Positions 16,355 through 20,736 of a stretch of DNA of 20,736 bases are shown here, piece after piece. A model generated the notes under the pieces. It made no database searches, was not told where the DNA came from, and worked only from the letters and a program-made list of their open reading frames with translations. Every line of letters begins with the position of its first letter. Position 1 is the stretch's first letter. The DNA is taken from positions 1 through 20,736 of the forward strand of contig JAPDJI010000016.1 of NCBI GenBank assembly GCA_029259155.1. Reading direction: 5' to 3'. The DNA comes from Candidatus Methanomethylicia archaeon (GTDB lineage: Archaea; Thermoproteota; Methanomethylicia; Nezhaarchaeales; B40-G2). Made by a program: the position numbers and the translations under genes.

Positions 16355-17476
16355 CTACTTAACCCTGACCACGAGCCCTTTAAGCCTAGCTAGGGCGCTA
16401 AGCTTCTCCTTGCGTTCAAGTTCAGCTGCCCCTAAGATTTCCTCGAGGTGTTTTATGACGCGGTCCATTAGTTCTCTATCCACTGGTCTAGGTACTCCAT
16501 CCTTGCCTCCAAAGGCGAAGGAGAACTTGATAGGGTCGCGCCAGCTCGGCGCTTCACCGTAGACTAGGTCGGCGATGAGGGCTAACGCCCTTACTCCAGC
16601 TGGTCCAAGCCCCCTAACCTCTAATAGTTCTTCGTAGCTCCTAGGCTTAACCTCATAAGCCCTCTTCATCACTTCCCAGTTCAGGGAGTCTGGGGCAAAC
16701 CTATAGATGATCAACGGCTCTGCCGATCTTCCATACCCCATCCACGCGTCTAATGGTCCCCTGAGCTTAGACCTAGCTTCGAAGAGCAGCCTCCTAACCT
16801 TCAAAGGCCCCTCCAAGACAATGTCCACGCATGCCTTTCTACACCTCTCACTTTCCCTAGCGGTCATGTCGAGCACTGCTGGCCTAACTAGGTCTCCAGC
16901 TATGCCTGTGTGGGGCTCATCTACGAAGCTCCTCAGCTCCATGGACAGCCAGTGGTAGCGCCTAGCGGTCTTATCGTCCAGGTTCATCCCCTGCTGGACC
17001 ACCATCCAGTTGCCGCGCTCTGAGAGGAGTACGCAGTGGTGGTAGAGGCTATAGCCATCCTGCACCGCTGCGTTGTCCACCTTTGCTGTAAGCCTACTTG
17101 CTTTCTTGACCTCCTCTACGCGAGCTAAGCTTAAACCGTAGGCTTCACCTATCGTCTCAACCTCCTCCAACGCTCTAAGAGACCTTGCACCTTTACCTCC
17201 AGCTAACTTCACCCCTAGCGCTCCGTCCTCCAGCGCTGCTTTGAGCACACCACAGGTAACCGTCGTCACCCCGCTGCTGTTCCAGTCGAAGCCTAAAGCA
17301 CAGGAGAAAGCTTGAAACCATAAAGGATCTGAAAGCCTTCTAAGCACCTCTTCAGGACCCCTTTCCTCAACTATCACGGCGAGTATGGCCTTAGCCAGCT
17401 TACGCATCCTAGCTAGAAGCCACCTAGGCACTCCACCTGTATGGAGAGGCAGCTCCACGGTACCTGTAAAGCTCAA
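16355..17476 (-). CDS. DUF763 family protein
   Basis: LPLHTGGVPRWL, RLSDPLWFQAFSCALGFDWNSSGVTT, KVDNAAVQDGYSLYHH, VVQQGMN, ARRYHW, FAFGGKDGVPRPV; HhH-like VRGLGP. Confidence 0.9.
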   Translation of the reverse strand: MSFTGTVELPLHTGGVPRWLLARMRKLAKAILAVIVEERGPEEVLRRLSDPLWFQAFSCALGFDWNSSGVTTVTCGVLKAALEDGALGVKLAGGKGARSLRALEEVETIGEAYGLSLARVEEVKKASRLTAKVDNAAVQDGYSLYHHCVLLSERGNWMVVQQGMNLDDKTARRYHWLSMELRSFVDEPHTGIAGDLVRPAVLDMTARESERCRKACVDIVLEGPLKVRRLLFEARSKLRGPLDAWMGYGRSAEPLIIYRFAPDSLNWEVMKRAYEVKPRSYEELLEVRGLGPAGVRALALIADLVYGEAPSWRDPIKFSFAFGGKDGVPRPVDRELMDRVIKHLEEILGAAELERKEKLSALARLKGLVVRVK

Positions 17477-17626
17477 GCTTCCTCGAGGTGATTAGGTAGA
17501 CAATACGTAAAAACCTTGCTTTTTGCCAGCGCTCGTCGATGACGAAGTTGAAGACGTAAACTGGCACTTAGGCCTAGTTTCCTAAAGGTTTAAGAAGGAA
17601 GCTTCGTAGTGTTTAAAGGTCCACGT

Positions 17627-17712
17627 CATGGGGCAGGGCTCCTTTCATAACCCCATGCTCATTTCTCGCTGGAGGGAGACAGTCACAGCCCTACCCCGGG
17701 CGAGGCCCTCCG
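17627..17712. ncRNA. Candidate structured small RNA (GC-rich intergenic segment), strand uncertain with minus slightly favoured
   Basis: Stems 17630-17640/17687-17697 (11 bp, fully paired with one G-U on the minus strand), 17627-17633/17651-17657 and 17671-17676/17706-17711. Confidence 0.3.
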
Positions 17713-17732
17713 TAAAAAGCTTGAAGAGGGAT

Positions 17733-17750
17733 TAGTTAAACCTTTAACTA
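17733..17750. promoter_or_regulatory. Perfect 8-bp-arm palindrome TAGTTAAA-CC-TTTAACTA
   Basis: Read directly; intergenic, between the divergent DUF763 and acyl-CoA dehydrogenase genes. Confidence 0.45.
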
Positions 17751-17877
17751 CCTTGAGCGAAGATGCAGGGCAGCTCGCAGCTCCTCAAGTCAGCTCTGCC
17801 TCCTATATGGATGGTCAGCTTCGAGCCATGTAAGGTCTACGTTGCTTTACTCATAGTTAAGGCGGGCCTATTAAGGC

Positions 17878-17884
17878 TTAAATA
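17878..17884 (+). promoter_or_regulatory. TATA box of the second acyl-CoA dehydrogenase
   Basis: TTAAATA about 50 bp upstream of TTG 17931, with SD GGAGGGT in between. Confidence 0.5.
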
Positions 17885-17930
17885 CGTAAATGCGTTAACT
17901 CCAAGCCGAGCTGTTATAGGAGGGTTTGAG

Positions 17931-19223
17931 TTGAGCGCACCCCCAACAGGAGCCACGTATGCTAAAGATATGCCCGGCTTCTTCACCGAAGAGGAGGAGA
18001 TGTTTAGGGAGACCGTTAGAGAGTTCTGCATGAAATACATAGCTCCTAAGTGGGTGGAGATCGACGAGAAGGCCGCCGTAGACCCCATGGAGGTCCCCGT
18101 GGACCTGATAAAGAAGATGGGTGAGCAAGGCCTCTTCTGCATAGCTAACAGCGACAAGTACGGCGGCCAAGGCGGAACCTACACCATGGCAGCTATAGCT
18201 GTGGATGAAATAGCCTACGCAGACCCAGCTGTAGCGTTAGCCGTGTATGCCCTGCTCAATAATGGCTGGCCCGCTATGCTGGAGATCTACGGCAAGGAGG
18301 AGGTCTGCCAGGAGGTCATACCTAAGGTGGCTAAGGGTGAAGCCTTCTTCGGCATAGCCACCACTGAGCCTCAGGGAGGAAGTGACATAGCTGGTATAAG
18401 GATGACGGCGACGAAGAAGGGCAACGTCTACGTGTTCAACGGGGAGAAGGCTTACATAAGCGGTGTAGGAGAAGCTTTCGTTAAGCTTCCTTGGGGAGGC
18501 GGCTTCTTCCTAGTCGCAAGGACCTCAGAGAGCCCCGGGACCCACCGCGGCCTCTCGGCCTTCGCCTTCATAGGGAGGAAGGACGGCAAGCTAAGGAACG
18601 GTATCAGCCCCACTGTATATCACGACATAGGTAGGTGTGGGTTAACCACAGGAGGCTTCATCTGTAACGACGTGGAGCTAGAGGACGTCTACCTGCTGGG
18701 CGAGGAGGGTAAAGGCTTCTACTACGTCATGGAGGGCTTCAACGCTGCGAGGATAGTGGTGGCAGCTGCCTGCCTCGGAGGCGCTAGGTGGCTCCTCGAC
18801 CAAGCTGTGCAGTGGTTCCATCAGCGCAAGCTGTTCGGCAGACCTATCGCAAGCTTCCAGGGAATTAACTTCAAGTTTGCTGAGCTTTACGCTCGCTATG
18901 AAGCAGCTAGGTACTTCGTATATAGGGCAGCTAGGCTATTTGATGAAGTTTACTTCAAGAAGAACCCGAACTTTAAGCCTCAAGACCTCAACGTACCCGT
19001 AGCTCTAGCTAAGATGACCGCTCCTGAAACCGCCGTGGACATAGCTGAGGAGGTAATGAAGTGGTACGGCGCCTACGCCTACACCAAGGAGGCTCCCATC
19101 TTCAGAGCCTGGCTGGGTCTATTCAGCTACGTAATCGGCGCTGAGGGCGCTCAGAACATCATGAGGTACATCATAGCCAGGGACACCATAGGCGCTGAAG
19201 CTGTGAGGAAGTGGTGGGCTTAA
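17931..19223 (+). CDS. Acyl-CoA dehydrogenase (second, divergent paralogue)
   Basis: TTEPQGGSD, FNGEKAYISG, RKLFGRPIASFQG, WYGAYAY, GAEGAQNIMR. Start moved to TTG 17931 (SD and TATA upstream); the extension to 17763 does not look homologous. Confidence 0.93.
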   Translation: MSAPPTGATYAKDMPGFFTEEEEMFRETVREFCMKYIAPKWVEIDEKAAVDPMEVPVDLIKKMGEQGLFCIANSDKYGGQGGTYTMAAIAVDEIAYADPAVALAVYALLNNGWPAMLEIYGKEEVCQEVIPKVAKGEAFFGIATTEPQGGSDIAGIRMTATKKGNVYVFNGEKAYISGVGEAFVKLPWGGGFFLVARTSESPGTHRGLSAFAFIGRKDGKLRNGISPTVYHDIGRCGLTTGGFICNDVELEDVYLLGEEGKGFYYVMEGFNAARIVVAAACLGGARWLLDQAVQWFHQRKLFGRPIASFQGINFKFAELYARYEAARYFVYRAARLFDEVYFKKNPNFKPQDLNVPVALAKMTAPETAVDIAEEVMKWYGAYAYTKEAPIFRAWLGLFSYVIGAEGAQNIMRYIIARDTIGAEAVRKWWA

Positions 19224-19236
19224 GCACTAATCCCCA

Positions 19237-19246
19237 TTTTTTGTTT
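19237..19246 (+). terminator. Oligo-T archaeal terminator
   Basis: TTTTTTGTTT starts 13 nt after the stop at 19223. Confidence 0.55.
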
Positions 19247-19333
19247 CTCCACGGCTATGAGAGGAGCTTCTAAGAGAGCCGACAGTCACCCTCAGTCTTC
19301 TTCGCGTAAGGTGATTGAAAATCTACGTGGAGT

Positions 19334-19828
19334 TCAGTAGACCTTAGGAATGAACCTCCACTTAACCCTCATCATATACTTCCTGTACTCTTCACCAAAC
19401 CTCCTAAGCAGGTACTCCTCCTCCTTAATCGCGGTCAACACGTGTAGCGCCGCCAGTATAACTGCAATCACGATAGCTAGTAGGTTTTGGAAGCAGAGCG
19501 CTGCTCCAAGGTAGGCTAGAATTATCCCTAGGTACCCTGGGTGCCTAATCTTGGAATAAATACCAGTCGTAACGAGCTTCTCCACTTCCTCGGCCTTAGC
19601 GTGAGCCTGCCGGTGCTCCCTGTGCGATAAGCCATGAATAACCATGCCGACGACGAAAAGCGACGCTCCCGATAATGTTGATAGAGAGGCGGGTAAAAGC
19701 AGAAATGAAGAGCTATAGCCGTAAAGGCCGCAGATGATCAATAACCCCCACTCTATGACCCCTCTCAAGCTAGGCTTCATTAAGAGGTACCTATCGAGAA
19801 GTCTCATCAAAACTGCTTCGCGATGCAC
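19334..19828 (-). CDS. Isoprenylcysteine carboxyl methyltransferase/PEMT-family membrane protein
   Basis: LVTTGIYSKIRHPGYLG and EEEYLLRRFGEEYRKYM..V.WRFIP motifs; several TM segments. Start could be ATG 19807. Confidence 0.88.
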   Translation of the reverse strand: MHREAVLMRLLDRYLLMKPSLRGVIEWGLLIICGLYGYSSSFLLLPASLSTLSGASLFVVGMVIHGLSHREHRQAHAKAEEVEKLVTTGIYSKIRHPGYLGIILAYLGAALCFQNLLAIVIAVILAALHVLTAIKEEEYLLRRFGEEYRKYMMRVKWRFIPKVY

Positions 19829-19912
19829 GCTTTAAGTCTGTTTCGCCGGTTAGCTCCTTAGCAACCTTACAGCCTGATATGGTCGCTTGATTAGTTGGAT
19901 GGAATTGTGGGT

Positions 19913-19941
19913 AGTAAGATTTTTAAGTATGAAATCCTACT
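19913..19941. promoter_or_regulatory. Inverted repeat flanking the vapBC TATA box (probable autorepression operator)
   Basis: AGTAAGATTT (19913-19922) and AAATCCTACT (19932-19941), 9 of 10 complementary, surrounding TTTAAGTA. Confidence 0.55.
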
Positions 19942-19957
19942 TTTTTAACTGAAAACC

Positions 19958-20215
19958 ATGGTGCTGCGCTTAAAGTCGGTGGTAGGTGTCAAGGGCCAGG
20001 TCGTAATTCCCAAGGAGATTAGAGACCTCTTGAACCTTAAGCCAGGCGTCGAGGTGGTCTTCGAGGTGAAGGAAGGTGTTGTTGAAATGAAAGCAGCCTC
20101 TAGGAGCAGCCTCGAGGAGTTCTTGAACAGCGTGCCGAGGGAGCGTAGATTGAAGCTGCACGTGGACCTCAAGAAGCTTATCTTGAAGGAGGTTGAGGAG
20201 GAGTGGTCTACTTAG
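19958..20215 (+). CDS. vapB: AbrB/MazE/SpoVT-family antitoxin
   Basis: VGVKGQVVIPKEIRDLLNLKPG.EVVF AbrB motif; acidic C-terminus; overlaps the PIN toxin start. Confidence 0.9.
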   Translation: MVLRLKSVVGVKGQVVIPKEIRDLLNLKPGVEVVFEVKEGVVEMKAASRSSLEEFLNSVPRERRLKLHVDLKKLILKEVEEEWST

Positions 20216-20613
20216 ACTCAAACGTCTTCATATACCCGCTTATTTACGACCTCGACGCTGAGCCTAAGGCAAAGGCTTCTAGAAACTTGCTAAGCAACGT
20301 AGTGAACGGTAGGGTCAGGGGTGTTACGTCCACGCTGACGTGGGATGAAGTAGTCTGGGTGGTGTGGAAAGTAATAGGATACGATGAGGCAGTTAGGGCT
20401 GGAGCCGCGCTGCTAACTCTGCCTAACACAGATTTCATGGACGTGACGCCGCTGACCCTAATGAAGGCTCAAGGGTTAATTGATAAGTACGGGCTTAAGC
20501 CGAGGGATTCAATACACGTGGCTACGGCCATCCTCGCCAAGGAACCTGAAGTAGTAAGTGACGACGAAGAGCTCGACGTAGTCAAGGAAATAAGGCGAGT
20601 GCCGCTAGTTTAA
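20203..20613 (+). CDS. vapC: PIN-domain toxin VapC
   Basis: YLDSNVFIY, TWDEV, RDSIHVATA and VVSDD acidic PIN residues; GAGGAG SD upstream. Confidence 0.92.
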   Translation: MVYLDSNVFIYPLIYDLDAEPKAKASRNLLSNVVNGRVRGVTSTLTWDEVVWVVWKVIGYDEAVRAGAALLTLPNTDFMDVTPLTLMKAQGLIDKYGLKPRDSIHVATAILAKEPEVVSDDEELDVVKEIRRVPLV

Positions 20614-20736
20614 CTCTAGCCTCCTAGACCTTCACCAGTGGCAGACGCCTACTTAAGATAGGCGCTCCAAGCTCCTTGAAAGAAGCATAAAGAGGTAAGC
20701 TTTTATGTAAGGAGAATCCTCTCTGTATTACCTTGG

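Noticed and set aside
13795-17629. Shared intergenic 10-mer tccacgtcat (13795-13804, 17620-17629)
   Set aside because: Only two copies, non-palindromic, with inconsistent positions relative to genes.
17763-17930. N-terminal extension of the second acyl-CoA dehydrogenase
   Set aside because: Contains the TATA box and SD for TTG 17931 and does not resemble the family.
17477-17930. tRNA, SRP RNA, or cobalamin/TPP/fluoride riboswitch in the large intergenic gap
   Set aside because: No cloverleaf or T-loop and none of the diagnostic conserved motifs recognised.
17678-19289. 9-bp direct repeat gacagtcac (17678-17686, 19281-19289) flanking the acyl-CoA dehydrogenase
   Set aside because: Too short to exceed chance; no mobile-element context.
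3053-20438. Short antisense or overlapping ORFs in the track (e.g. 3053-3322, 7495-7701, 8264-8485, 11141-11347, 13322-13618, 14857-15240, 15652-16020, 16155-16562, 17837-18157, 19945-20172, 20244-20438)
   Set aside because: Shadow frames of well-supported genes; often Ser/Pro/Leu-rich with no motifs.
20646-20664. 6-bp hairpin cgccta/taggcg after vapC
   Set aside because: Weak, with no T-tract; cannot be supported as a terminator or att site.
1-20736. CRISPR array, integrase or transposase
   Set aside because: No regularly spaced repeats and no recombinase or transposase motifs in any ORF.

Overview
Gene-dense window from an archaeon, probably a thermophilic Thermoproteota-like lineage. This is inferred from TATA-like promoters, GGAGGTGA-type SD sites, many GTG/TTG starts, and archaeal-type XPD, TopA, DUF763 and VapBC. 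About 20 credible CDSs: a TAT-less reductive dehalogenase-like protein divergent from a radical SAM gene, a membrane-anchored single-HKD PLD-family protein, scattered beta-oxidation-type genes (acyl-CoA synthetase, two acyl-CoA dehydrogenases, crotonase), DNA metabolism genes (nth, XPD/Rad3 helicase, type IA topoisomerase, DUF763), a secreted beta-propeller protein, a HExxH protein, an ICMT-family methyltransferase and a VapBC pair. Main highlights: (1) a putative autoregulated heat-shock/proteostasis operon (wHTH regulator, Hsp20, soluble Cys-rich TraB-family protein) behind a 40-bp palindrome built from two tandem TTACTT-N3-AAGTAA boxes; (2) a perfect 45-bp inverted duplication that creates an in-frame 18-aa insertion in the acyl-CoA synthetase (template-switch signature, or an amplification artefact); (3) the orphan archaeal RdhA-like gene; (4) a structured GC-rich intergenic segment that may be an ncRNA. 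No rRNA, tRNA, CRISPR array or transposase was seen. All family calls come from motif recognition, not database searches.
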